From a virus, in IMG/VR virus record IMGVR_UViG_3300017971_000032, positions 1-64,000 of that record: DNA of 64,000 nucleotides. One strand, written 5' to 3'. Position 1 is the first letter of the stretch; each line of letters opens with the position of its first letter. Positions 10,904 through 20,395 of the stretch are shown in pieces. A model generated the notes under the pieces. It was not told the origin of the DNA. It did no database searches and saw only the letters and a list, made by a program, of their open reading frames with translations. A program made the translations under genes and the position numbers.

Positions 10904-11222
10904 AGATTATTGTGCGGATGTTATAAATAGTAGTGGTGTAATAACTACTGCCAGACATTGTATGCTAGCATTGGAAATGCTGGCAGAGTTGTGGAACAAT
11001 GATGTAGTAGTCGAGTACGTGTGGGCCATGTCATGTGATTTTGATGGTGTGATTATGTATGCAGTGGCTATAGATAGTAATGATTTGGAGTGCGAGGCAA
11101 TATGTCGTTGGAAATATGATGAGGCTGATCGCAAAAGTGCAACATGGCCAGCTAAGCCATTGGTGATGGTGGATTTAGAATTGAGGGATTTGGAAGATGG
11201 GATAGTTGACAATGATAATTGA
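10887..11222 (+). CDS. Acidic hypothetical protein, tandem paralog 2
   Basis: Paralog of 10542-10874; 345-bp period. Confidence 0.7.
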   Translation: MTSDYEDYCADVINSSGVITTARHCMLALEMLAELWNNDVVVEYVWAMSCDFDGVIMYAVAIDSNDLECEAICRWKYDEADRKSATWPAKPLVMVDLELRDLEDGIVDNDN

Positions 11223-12117
11223 TTGGTTGGAGAGCAGATTTGGTGAGGTCAGGCCTACTTCTAATGGTGAGGAGTATAGGATATGTTGTCCATTTTGCAG
11301 TGCCAAGGTAGGCAAATTAGACACCAAGTATCATATGTACGTTAGTGCTGTAAGGCCAGTAGCTCATTGCTTTAGATGTGAGTGGAAGGGCCATTATATG
11401 AGTTTAGTCAGAAGTGTAGATGGGTGCTCTTACTCGCAAGCCTTGGAAGCTATAGATGGGGTTGTGGCCAATGCACAACGATTGGATGCTTTGCTCAACC
11501 CTAAGACCTCAATGACTCAAGATAGTTACAGTGAGCCTAATGGGTTTAGATTACTGACAGGTTTGGAACACCATCCAGAGAAGTCTGCATCATGGAGATA
11601 TTTACGCCAACGTGATGTGCCCATAGGCTTGATAAGATCTTGTTTTGGGTATGTGCCTGGATCTATGAGGGTGTGGATGCTGATAGATGATAATTGGTGG
11701 CAGGGTAGATCATTGACTAAGATGGAGCCTAAGTACATATCTCCACCATGGCCAAAAGGTGATAGTTTGTGGAACGGCAGAGCGCTTGAGACACATGATA
11801 ATATTGTATTGTGCGAGGGCGTGTTTAGTGCGATAGCTGTAGGCAATGGCGCAATAGCTTTATGTGGCAAGACCATGAATGAGCAACAGGCTGCACGCAT
11901 ATCCAGATCTACGAGTGATGATACTGAAATCACCATCATGCTAGATGCTGATGCAATTGATAATGCTTATGATATGGCCAACGCATTGAGATTGAGCGGA
12001 TTCAATGGAGACATCAACATACAATATATGGATAGTGGCGATCCAGCTGATGGTGTGATTGGCAATATAGTTAGGTGGGATTGGAGTGCTGAAATTAAGC
12101 ATGCCCTGGCGTTGTAG
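11212..12117 (+). CDS. DNA primase (Zn finger + TOPRIM)
   Basis: CPFC...HCFRC Zn finger; CEGVFSA and LDAD TOPRIM motifs. Confidence 0.85.
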   Translation: MIIDWLESRFGEVRPTSNGEEYRICCPFCSAKVGKLDTKYHMYVSAVRPVAHCFRCEWKGHYMSLVRSVDGCSYSQALEAIDGVVANAQRLDALLNPKTSMTQDSYSEPNGFRLLTGLEHHPEKSASWRYLRQRDVPIGLIRSCFGYVPGSMRVWMLIDDNWWQGRSLTKMEPKYISPPWPKGDSLWNGRALETHDNIVLCEGVFSAIAVGNGAIALCGKTMNEQQAARISRSTSDDTEITIMLDADAIDNAYDMANALRLSGFNGDINIQYMDSGDPADGVIGNIVRWDWSAEIKHALAL

Positions 12118-12118
12118 C

Positions 12119-12175
12119 ATTTTAATAAATTTCTAATATAATTCTAATGTAATTATAACGGGCAACCGTTATACT
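12119..12175 (+). promoter_or_regulatory. Promoter with four 11-bp-phased ATTCTAAT-like boxes and TATACT -10
   Basis: Boxes at 12119, 12130, 12141, 12152; TATACT at 12170; same geometry as the 118-bp repeats. Confidence 0.65.
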
Positions 12176-12218
12176 AAGGCCACGACATAAGGAGGTATCA
12201 GCAAAAAAGGAGAAGTCT

Positions 12219-12887
12219 ATGAATGCCTTACCCGATAATATCAAGGCAAAGACTGCAGAGTGGTACGAGGAACTTCATAACCTCATGTGGGCCATGTGCT
12301 GGGACAGAGCCAATGGGGATTATTGGCTCCTGGATCCGGAGGAGATGTTTGCGGAGCTGAGTGTAGAGTTGGTACATTTAGTTCAGCGTTATGGAGGCAA
12401 TGGTAAGTCTAGGGATGAGGTGAAACGCATTCTCATAGTTAGTATGCGCAACCGCATAAGTGATTTGTGTATCATGGCATACAGAACGCATCGCAGTGCG
12501 GAAATTGGCGCTTTGAGATTGTGGGATGGCAGTATAGAATCAGATAATGATAATAGCCTGAACCCTGATGACGAAATGCCCATGGGGGCAGAAGTGGAAT
12601 GGACTAGTGTCAGTAGCGTGCCTATGCACAGCTACGTGGATATGGAGGACGACATTATAGATCTATCCAGTGATGCGCAGGAACTGTTGTACATGGCCAT
12701 GTACCAGGATGACGAAAGACTGCACCAACAAATGGAATTGGCCGAGATGCGTAAATTAGCCACTACATCCAAAAACCAATGGAGCATAAGACCTACACCA
12801 TTGATTTTCAGGCGTGCCTTAGGATGGCCCAAGGACAGATTCAAGGCAGCTTGGAATGAGGTGGTGGATTTTGTGAGTGGACTATGA
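12219..12887 (+). CDS. Phage sigma-factor-like transcription regulator
   Basis: Region-2-like EEMFAELSVELVHLVQRY...SMRNRISDL; C-terminal HTH-like RRALGW. Confidence 0.55.
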   Translation: MNALPDNIKAKTAEWYEELHNLMWAMCWDRANGDYWLLDPEEMFAELSVELVHLVQRYGGNGKSRDEVKRILIVSMRNRISDLCIMAYRTHRSAEIGALRLWDGSIESDNDNSLNPDDEMPMGAEVEWTSVSSVPMHSYVDMEDDIIDLSSDAQELLYMAMYQDDERLHQQMELAEMRKLATTSKNQWSIRPTPLIFRRALGWPKDRFKAAWNEVVDFVSGL

Positions 12888-12890
12888 TAG

Positions 12891-12902
12891 CGGTTTAGTA
12901 TA
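12891..12902 (+). promoter_or_regulatory. CGGTTTAGTATA copy 2
   Basis: Followed by ct-AGGAGG-aa-ATG. Confidence 0.75.
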
Positions 12903-12912
12903 CTAGGAGGAA

Positions 12913-13896
12913 ATGATGACAATCGTGAACGGAGGTGAGCATGACACATATCCAGATTGCTTTGGCTATCATGATGTAGGTGACCCGTCGTGCCGCAGAT
13001 GCAATTTGGCAGAGGAGTGTGTGGAGCATCAGGACAGCATGTTGCCAGAGTGTTTTGGGAAGTTGTACGATGACGAAGAAGTAGAATGTAAGAATTGTTT
13101 ATTCAGTTCAAGATGTGCAGATGAAATGGAGGATAAGGATAAAATGACGAAGCGAAGACGTGTGAGGATGCGCAGAACCGCTACCGCTGACGTTGAGCCT
13201 GAACCTGAGTCAGAAGAGGAAGTCGAGTTTGAGGAAGAGGCTGGCGAGGACGTTGACTATGCGGATATGCGTGTGAGTGAGTTGCGCGAAGAGTGCGAGG
13301 ATCGAGATCTGGATCCTGTTGGCCGCAAGTCCGTACTTATTCGCCGTTTGATGGAAGATGATGGTGATAAGGTGGAAGACGAGGATGATGAGAACGAGCC
13401 TGAGCCGCAGATCAAGCGGCGCAAGGTTGCCAGCAACAAGTCCAATGAGCCTCCTCCCGGATCTAATGACAATCCTGTCGTGGGATTCTCCCTAGATGAT
13501 GTGGTGGATGCACTTGAGGCAGGCAAGTCGATCATCGTGACGGTCACGGAGAAAGGGTATGTCATCAGTATGGGCGGCACTGTCACGGCTCAGCAGGCTC
13601 AGGAGGAGCCCAAGCCCAAGCGCAAGGGGTTGCGTGGGGATGAGTTCTGGCGAGAGGTTCTCACTGAGGATTACTACGACTTCAATAAGGTGGACTGCGG
13701 CACCGGCAAGCCTTGGGAGAAGATGTCCAAGGAGGAGAAGGTAGAGTTCGCTGAGGAGTTGGATGTCACGTGGGAGGAGATGGATTCGGATCTTGTCACC
13801 ACGATGAATATGGTCAAGGCAGTGTATGCGGAGTTGGGCATCGAGAAGTACAAGGAAGAGTACAAGTCGCCTTCCGCTCGCAAAGCGCTGCGGTGA
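12913..13896 (+). CDS. Acidic protein with two N-terminal CFG..C..C..C repeats and a SAP-like DNA-binding motif
   Basis: MRVSELREECEDRDLDPVGRKSVLIRRL matches the SAP pattern; own promoter and terminator. Confidence 0.65.
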   Translation: MMTIVNGGEHDTYPDCFGYHDVGDPSCRRCNLAEECVEHQDSMLPECFGKLYDDEEVECKNCLFSSRCADEMEDKDKMTKRRRVRMRRTATADVEPEPESEEEVEFEEEAGEDVDYADMRVSELREECEDRDLDPVGRKSVLIRRLMEDDGDKVEDEDDENEPEPQIKRRKVASNKSNEPPPGSNDNPVVGFSLDDVVDALEAGKSIIVTVTEKGYVISMGGTVTAQQAQEEPKPKRKGLRGDEFWREVLTEDYYDFNKVDCGTGKPWEKMSKEEKVEFAEELDVTWEEMDSDLVTTMNMVKAVYAELGIEKYKEEYKSPSARKALR

Positions 13897-13913
13897 TCTA
13901 TAGGTGTTGGCTT

Positions 13914-13949
13914 GAGGAGAGACAGGGTATTGCGCCCTGTCTCTTCTTT
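13914..13949 (+). terminator. Rho-independent terminator
   Basis: ggagagacaggg/ccctgtctcttc stem followed by ttt. Confidence 0.7.
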
Positions 13950-14003
13950 GGGATAGTGTGCTGTGGGATAGGGTAGGCAACTTGAAGTGGATTTGATAAT
14001 TTG

Positions 14004-14840
14004 ATGTACACTTGGCAGACATTTGGCCGGGAATTGATAGAGACTGAAGACCTGGATCCAGTGTACGTCATGCTAGTGGATTCCAAAGCGCTTATGAATG
14101 ATAATCTGTTGAAGCGCTGGTTGCTGGCATATTGGTGCTATTACAGTTGCGGTGTGGCCTCGCGCATAGCGGAGTCGGATGACTTTTATGCATCCATGTG
14201 GCAGGGCATTCATGAGAAGTGGCCCAGAGGGATGGAGCGTCGGTACTTCTGGGGTCGGCAGGCTGAGAATGCAATCCAATATCTCCAAGAGTGGGGTGAG
14301 CCAGAGGCTGTAGTAGATCATATGACAATCCATGATACGTTCCAGGAAGCATCCGATGCCGTTCAAGAGTTTGTGGGGTTTGGGCCTTGGATGGGCTGGA
14401 AGATTGTGGACATGGCTGAAAGGGTATTGGCTATTCCGGTTGACTTCTCTGAATCCACGTTAGGCATTTATAAGGATCCAGTTCAAGGTGCAGCGTTCGT
14501 GCGGTTTGGGGATTGGAAGCATCCTATCACTGAGGCTGAGTTGGATGAAGAAGTCCAGCGCCAGGTGGAGGAGTTCAAAGATCTATTGGCGCCACCATTC
14601 TATGATAGGCCACCTAATATCCAAGAAGTTGAGACTAATTTATGCAAGGCTAAGGCATCATTCAAGGGATTTTACCCGATGGGAAACGACACGTACCATG
14701 TACGTGAGAGCTTGAAGGGTTGGGGTGACTTAGCTCAGGAGCTGTTAGGGTGGTGCCCTAGGATGCGGGATGGGTGGGTGGATGAGGACGGCAACTTATT
14801 GCGGGCGAACAGGGTAGAGGTGGTGGAGACATATGGCTGA
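14004..14840 (+). CDS. Amino acid:DNA transferase (aGPT-pyrophosphorylase clade 2, M6/YuA-like), thymidine hypermodification
   Basis: DLDPVY, WLLAYWCYY, WPRGxERR, GFGPWMGWKIVDMAERV, QEVETNLCK motifs. Confidence 0.85.
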   Translation: MYTWQTFGRELIETEDLDPVYVMLVDSKALMNDNLLKRWLLAYWCYYSCGVASRIAESDDFYASMWQGIHEKWPRGMERRYFWGRQAENAIQYLQEWGEPEAVVDHMTIHDTFQEASDAVQEFVGFGPWMGWKIVDMAERVLAIPVDFSESTLGIYKDPVQGAAFVRFGDWKHPITEAELDEEVQRQVEEFKDLLAPPFYDRPPNIQEVETNLCKAKASFKGFYPMGNDTYHVRESLKGWGDLAQELLGWCPRMRDGWVDEDGNLLRANRVEVVETYG

Positions 14841-16254
14841 TAATGACAATCATGGGGTGCAAGAGTTTCATAGGTTGAATGAGCCTGTGGGTGAGGGTGA
14901 GGATGAGCATGGTCATTATCAGCTCATACCTTTGAGCATGGTGCGTGGAGGCAAGGCCAAGCCTTATAAAGTGTACACGAAGCCGATGAAGCATTTACTC
15001 AGAGACACTACGCCTGCACCCAGAGGCTGGTACAAGCCAAAGCACCCTGAATCTGACCGTGTGCGGGCAAGACCTTGCTACACTGAAGCACTTCTTACCA
15101 CACCCTATGGTGGATTTTGCCCTGTTAATTGCGCCCATTGCTATGTGAATAACGGAACACGCGGATACCGTGCTACAGGATTGCCGGTGGCACATTACAA
15201 ATATCCGGAGGCAATGCGAAAATGGGTTTCTAAGCTGTCTATCTCTGGTGCTGCATATATTACCTCATTCAGTGAACCGTTTCACTTCTTAGAGCCAGAA
15301 TACCACGTTACGCAGAATCTAGCGCAGGTCTTCATTGACGAGGGTTTGCCGATGTTCTTCCTATCGCGCAAGATTCCGCCTGATTGGGCTATGGATGCGT
15401 TGCTTGAAAATCCATATAGCTATATGCAGTGGAGCGTTAACACATCCAACCCCGATCACTACAGGCGATTCTCGCCAGGCAGCTTTAGTTTGGATGAGGT
15501 GTACGAGGCTATACAGCGCTTCCATGACAATCGCATCTTTGTTAGCATTCAATGCAATCCCATCATAGCGGGCATCACCACGCTCCAGGAGATTGTAGAT
15601 TTGGTGTATGAATTGGAGTATGCGGGTGCTGATCACATCATCTTCAAGTTCGTGGAGCAAGTGGCTAACAATCGCAAGGTGCTGCTGGATGCGTTCCACA
15701 GGCGTGGATTGCCGCATGTGGACGCATTTGACAATCTATTCAGCCAAGTGATTGGTGGGGTGTACACGATTAATGAGGATGTGCGTGTGGAATGGCTGGA
15801 AGTGCTGTTGGAGGAAACACGCAAGGCAGGCTTGACCATGAGCTTGTGCTATGAGTACTATGATGATGGTCATGCTGGCGCCAATTTGGCTCCTTACTAT
15901 ACTACGGCGGATCAATGCCATGGGCGTGGGGTGCCTATATTCTATCGTCCTGAGCCTGGAGCACGCTTCCAACCGTTGCCTGGGTGCTACCGCAAGGGTT
16001 GTCTGTATTGTGAGGAGTACGGCACGCGTGTGTGTGAGAATGATAAATTACTAAGCGCTTCAGATTTTCAGTATAAAGATCTGCGCACTATTCAGATCGA
16101 AGGGCACGAGTCTAATTGGGACTTGCCAGATAGTTGTGTCAGTCCTGATGAGCTGACCTTTCACGATAACTGCACATTTTCGGAACGACTACGGTTTGGC
16201 AATCCGAAGCTACAAACGGATGCTGAGATGTGGGGATGGGATGACGAAGTATAA
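14833..16254 (+). CDS. Radical SAM enzyme of the hypermodification cluster (glycyl-T isomerase-like)
   Basis: CPVNCAHC CxxxCxxC motif, extra C-terminal Cys cluster; adjacent to the transferase. Confidence 0.8.
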   Translation: MADNDNHGVQEFHRLNEPVGEGEDEHGHYQLIPLSMVRGGKAKPYKVYTKPMKHLLRDTTPAPRGWYKPKHPESDRVRARPCYTEALLTTPYGGFCPVNCAHCYVNNGTRGYRATGLPVAHYKYPEAMRKWVSKLSISGAAYITSFSEPFHFLEPEYHVTQNLAQVFIDEGLPMFFLSRKIPPDWAMDALLENPYSYMQWSVNTSNPDHYRRFSPGSFSLDEVYEAIQRFHDNRIFVSIQCNPIIAGITTLQEIVDLVYELEYAGADHIIFKFVEQVANNRKVLLDAFHRRGLPHVDAFDNLFSQVIGGVYTINEDVRVEWLEVLLEETRKAGLTMSLCYEYYDDGHAGANLAPYYTTADQCHGRGVPIFYRPEPGARFQPLPGCYRKGCLYCEEYGTRVCENDKLLSASDFQYKDLRTIQIEGHESNWDLPDSCVSPDELTFHDNCTFSERLRFGNPKLQTDAEMWGWDDEV

Positions 16255-16984
16255 GGTTTGTAATAAGTGGGATATAGACATACCAGATAGTGCATTGGTT
16301 GCGGCTGATGATAATCCGGGCAGTATTGCCAGGCCATATACATATTATATAGACCATAAGTTGGCGGATATAGGATATCAGGCCTGGTGCCGGGAGTACT
16401 TGTTGAATAATTTGGAAGGTGTACATAGTGTAGTGGAGTACTTTGGTGGTATAGGTGTGGATGCATCTATAGTAGAAGGCACATTCGATTTGGAAGAGCA
16501 TGTTTTATTGGATTTGGATGCCGGATGTGTGGACATTTTGCGCAGAAACAATCCAGAAGCGGAGAGAATAATACAAGGTGATTTTGTGGAATATGCTGGC
16601 ATAAGAGCTGATTTGGCTATATGTGATTTTGAACAATTCACGATGCTGCACATTACCAGAAATAGGAATGGCATGCGTGAGGCATTAGGCAAGGTGCTGT
16701 CAGCTTGCGATTGTTGTATAGTAACTGGCTCAGCAATTAGTAGGATGCATCTGAATGTAGATATATACTCTGAGGCTTCTGACATGCTTGTGAGGGACGT
16801 GTTCACATATATGCAAGCCATGTCTCATTGCTTTTATGATTTATATGGTTTCTGTGTGGGCATGGTGGCTTATGGGCCTCATGCATCGTTCATTACACTT
16901 CTTCCTGGCAAGCATGACTTATGCAATGCTGCATGTATAAAGGCTCCTAGTAGTGCTAGGGATAGTTTCAGGAGAATGGGATGA
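16241..16984 (+). CDS. Class I SAM-dependent methyltransferase-like protein
   Basis: VVEYFGGIG motif I, LLDLD motif II, IQGDF, ADLAICDF. Confidence 0.6.
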   Translation: MTKYKVCNKWDIDIPDSALVAADDNPGSIARPYTYYIDHKLADIGYQAWCREYLLNNLEGVHSVVEYFGGIGVDASIVEGTFDLEEHVLLDLDAGCVDILRRNNPEAERIIQGDFVEYAGIRADLAICDFEQFTMLHITRNRNGMREALGKVLSACDCCIVTGSAISRMHLNVDIYSEASDMLVRDVFTYMQAMSHCFYDLYGFCVGMVAYGPHASFITLLPGKHDLCNAACIKAPSSARDSFRRMG

Positions 16985-17850
16985 TGCATGACATGGTTTG
17001 TAGTTGGGAGCCTAGTTCTGGCAATGATAATCTTGTAGTGTCCAACACGCCCTGGGAAGTCTATAAGATAGATGGTGTGCCTGTTCATGTCAAGCGTGAG
17101 GATTTGTGTTGCCCACCTCCTGGGCCCAGTTTCTCTAAGATACGTGGTGTCAAGGCATATTTGGAGGAAGTGCCAAATGATACAGTTGTGGGCGTGTTGG
17201 ACACGATCCATTCCAAGGCTGGTTGGGGTGTGGCGTACGTATGCAATGCCTTGGGCTTAGAGTGCGTGGATTTTTATCCTGTATACAAACATGAGCCTTG
17301 GGAAACTGTGAGGCCTATACAAGCCAAGGCTAAAGAATTGGGAGCCACTTTGTATCCTATGAAGGCTTGGCGCTCCTCAGTGATGTATGGCAGGGCGAAG
17401 AAGATCTTAGATAAGATGGCAGATGATCGGGCACTCATGATGCCTAATGCTCTTAAGCTTCAAGCTACTGTAGATGCTACTGCAGAGGAGGTACGGTTGT
17501 ACACGCCCCAAGAATGGATGAGTGGCACTTGGATAGTATCCATATCGTCTGGCACAATAGCAGCTGGCGTGCTGAAAGGTTTGGGTGGCAATGATAATGT
17601 TTGCGTGATCGCTCATATGGGATATTCACGCAGTTCAGATTATGCCCGCAAGTATATGATAGACATGGCCAAGGGTGATGTACCATCAGACATATTGATA
17701 ATAGATGAAGGGTACGAATACACTGATTCAGTGAAGGAGAGTTGTCCATTTGAATGTAACAAATTCTATGATCTCAAGGCTTGGAAGTGGTTGAAGGGTG
17801 TTGTTGCTTCAATTGACCAACCTGTCATATTTTGGAACATAGGAGATTGA
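16981..17850 (+). CDS. PLP-dependent fold-type II enzyme (putative DNA-base decarboxylase)
   Basis: VKREDL...FSKIRG PLP-lysine motif, SSGTIAAG, YDLKAW, FWNIG. Confidence 0.8.
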   Translation: MMHDMVCSWEPSSGNDNLVVSNTPWEVYKIDGVPVHVKREDLCCPPPGPSFSKIRGVKAYLEEVPNDTVVGVLDTIHSKAGWGVAYVCNALGLECVDFYPVYKHEPWETVRPIQAKAKELGATLYPMKAWRSSVMYGRAKKILDKMADDRALMMPNALKLQATVDATAEEVRLYTPQEWMSGTWIVSISSGTIAAGVLKGLGGNDNVCVIAHMGYSRSSDYARKYMIDMAKGDVPSDILIIDEGYEYTDSVKESCPFECNKFYDLKAWKWLKGVVASIDQPVIFWNIGD

Positions 17851-17851
17851 C

Positions 17852-18100
17852 ATGGACATTACCAGCATCAGGGCTGAAGGTTCGGACAAGCATGTTGTAA
17901 TCAATGTGGATGGCACTGGTGAGGATTTATCCAAGTTGGGTGTGAATATCAGCGCTTTGAGATATGATCAGTGGTTCAATGTAGATTTGCAGGTATACCC
18001 ATCTACCTTGGACAAGATCATGCATGTCGAAGCTATTCCGCAGGAGCAGAGAGATCACATTAGACAGTTGGTGGAGGCAGGACATGGCGACGAAAGCTAA
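17852..18100 (+). CDS. Hypothetical protein
   Basis: GGAG RBS, coupled ORF. Confidence 0.5.
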   Translation: MDITSIRAEGSDKHVVINVDGTGEDLSKLGVNISALRYDQWFNVDLQVYPSTLDKIMHVEAIPQEQRDHIRQLVEAGHGDES

Positions 18101-18266
18101 TGATCAAGGATTTGAGGATGGCTTGTTGGGCAGACGCAGGCGCAACAGGCACAGATTTGAGCCGGAGAAGGCAGCTGACTACGATACTGGCTACGATGAT
18201 GCCGTGTTGAGATTGAAGGAGATTGGGCGTGGCAGGCCAGTGCGTGTGCGACATTTGACTGGATGA
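18084..18266 (+). CDS. Small hypothetical protein (GFEDG...YDTGY motif)
   Basis: GGAGG RBS, ATG 18084. Confidence 0.45.
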   Translation: MATKANDQGFEDGLLGRRRRNRHRFEPEKAADYDTGYDDAVLRLKEIGRGRPVRVRHLTG

Positions 18267-18270
18267 TAAT

Positions 18271-18867
18271 ATGGCCCTACTAGGTATATATGGCCCGCAT
18301 GCAGTAGGTAAGACTACTGCTATGGACAGACTAATTGATAAAGTGGAAGGCAGGCCTGTCACTATCATCAATGCTGATAACAATCTGGAGCGCTGGTGGA
18401 ATGATAACAGTCTTGAGGAGATGCGCCACAAAGGTCGTGGTTGGTGGAAGGGCAAGGCTGAGGGCAAGCGTGCGCTGTGTGCAGACCTTATAGCTGATGA
18501 TATGCGCTTATGGGTGCTGGAGAGTGTGCGCTTCGACACTCACAAGGGCATTGCCCAAGCATATCAGGACTATGATGGTGGAGCACATGTGATATTCTTG
18601 GTTGCACGTTGGGATGTATTCGAATCATTCATGATAGAGCGCAACGAAGCTAATGGCAGAGAGTTCAATTATGATTATTGGACGCAATCCAAGCTGGCCT
18701 ATGAAGGATATGCTAGGTACATCAATCAGGCTCACAAGTACTTCGATCCATATGGAGTGCCATATGATGTAATTGAGGTCAGTCATGACCGGCATGAGTG
18801 GTCGGAGATTGATGAGCTAATTTGGATGCAAGTGATGAAGCCGTTGGATAGGTGGTATAATGGCTGA
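18271..18867 (+). CDS. P-loop nucleotide kinase
   Basis: GIYGPHAVGKTT Walker A. Confidence 0.7.
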   Translation: MALLGIYGPHAVGKTTAMDRLIDKVEGRPVTIINADNNLERWWNDNSLEEMRHKGRGWWKGKAEGKRALCADLIADDMRLWVLESVRFDTHKGIAQAYQDYDGGAHVIFLVARWDVFESFMIERNEANGREFNYDYWTQSKLAYEGYARYINQAHKYFDPYGVPYDVIEVSHDRHEWSEIDELIWMQVMKPLDRWYNG

Positions 18868-19015
18868 GATTGTAATGAGTGTGATCCTATATCTGGCAGC
18901 TAAATGTTTGATATGGATAGGGTTGTTGCCAGACACTGAATCGGCAATTTTGCTATTATTGTGCCTAGTGTTTGTAGTACTGTCAAACCTCAATTTGTCA
19001 GGGGATTCAGCATGA
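18860..19015 (+). CDS. Small hydrophobic (2-TM) protein
   Basis: MAEIVMSVILYLAAKCLIWIGLL...; overlaps both neighbours. Confidence 0.45.
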   Translation: MAEIVMSVILYLAAKCLIWIGLLPDTESAILLLLCLVFVVLSNLNLSGDSA

Positions 19016-19647
19016 AGCTTGTTCAGATAAAGGGTAGCAATGGTTCAGGAAAGACCACTATAGTCAAGCAGATGCTGGAGTTGGATCCAGATGCTTACTA
19101 TTTGGAATATGATGGCATGATAATCGCAACTGTCATGCCTACGGTGCGGTGGATTGCTGTAGGCAAGTATGATCTTGAATCGAAGATGGGTGGTTGTGAT
19201 AGGTTGTCTAGTGTGGACAAAGTGAAGGATGCTATAGACAGATCGTTGGATTGGGCATGTGAGTTGTCTGATATGGAACCTATGTATGGGATTGTGTATG
19301 AGGGTATGATGATAAGCACCATTAAGACGACTTTCTATGATTATGCTGTCTTAATGGCAAGTCGTTATGATGTGGATCCGTTGTTCGTAATATTAAGCGC
19401 TTCTCCGAAAGGGTGTATGCATCGCATACAAGATCGTGGTACAGCACGCAAAGACCTTAACCATGATAATGTGGCTAACAAGTGTTTGATGGTAAGACGT
19501 CATGCCTTAACGTATGACCCTGAGCTTGTGAGGTGGATGGATGTGGAGCGTATACCAGAGGCTTATATGTTACAAGCCTTTGCGGCATTGGTAGGAGATC
19601 ATGATTTGGTTGCCAGGTTGGTCATAGGAGCAGATTGGGGTGAATAA
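19012..19647 (+). CDS. P-loop kinase, 5-hydroxymethyluracil DNA kinase-like
   Basis: MKLVQIKGSNGSGKTT, GKY...GGCD, VYEG motifs; hypermodification context. Confidence 0.75.
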   Translation: MKLVQIKGSNGSGKTTIVKQMLELDPDAYYLEYDGMIIATVMPTVRWIAVGKYDLESKMGGCDRLSSVDKVKDAIDRSLDWACELSDMEPMYGIVYEGMMISTIKTTFYDYAVLMASRYDVDPLFVILSASPKGCMHRIQDRGTARKDLNHDNVANKCLMVRRHALTYDPELVRWMDVERIPEAYMLQAFAALVGDHDLVARLVIGADWGE

Positions 19648-20395
19648 CATCGAAGTAGGATACATGACCAGTACAGAACATCTCATGTCAATGACAATCT
19701 ATGGTGAATCGTTAGATAGGGATAATGTGCCAACGTTTCCTAATGGTTGGCGTTTAGATCTGTGTGGAGAATGTAATGGGGCCAATGGGGGTTGTCCTGT
19801 AGGCGGGGCACCTCATTATCACCAGCTGAAGTCATCTATCCAAGGCTTTTATGTATTGGTGGTACGCTTTGATATGGTTTGGGCTATCAAATATGGTGGT
19901 GTGGGCAAGGGTGTGAGGCAGTCTAATTACTTCCGCTCTGGGTACGCAGACCGTCTGACAGATTGGTATACATGGAGGCTGTTGCGTAGGCTTGAGGAGA
20001 ATGCTAGTGCTTACAGCTTAGGATGTGGCAATTGTCCCAAATGCTCTCCCAAGAAATGCACTGTCATGACTGGTGCCAAGTGCTTATATCCCGATCAGCG
20101 CAGATACTCAGTAGAGGCTGTGGGTGTGGATTGCTCATCCTTGCACAATATGCTGTTTGGGCATCGTTTGGCTTACTGGTACTATGAGGAAGAATTGCCT
20201 CAATACATGTATCGTTATAGCGGGCTATTTGTGGAGGATGATGTGTGGGATTATGTAGTAGAGGCAGTATTGGCAGATGCTAGTTACAATGACAATCTGC
20301 CTGAGCCGCATGGCTTGCAGAGTGTGGAGTGCGAAGCGCCAGAGGGAGTATATGATGAGGGCATGGCATACCAGGGATACTTGCCCAAGTCCTGA
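19640..20395 (+). CDS. DUF2284-like Cys-rich metal-binding protein
   Basis: GCGNCPKC..KKC....C.YP...RYSVEAVGVDC. Confidence 0.65.
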   Translation: MNNIEVGYMTSTEHLMSMTIYGESLDRDNVPTFPNGWRLDLCGECNGANGGCPVGGAPHYHQLKSSIQGFYVLVVRFDMVWAIKYGGVGKGVRQSNYFRSGYADRLTDWYTWRLLRRLEENASAYSLGCGNCPKCSPKKCTVMTGAKCLYPDQRRYSVEAVGVDCSSLHNMLFGHRLAYWYYEEELPQYMYRYSGLFVEDDVWDYVVEAVLADASYNDNLPEPHGLQSVECEAPEGVYDEGMAYQGYLPKS

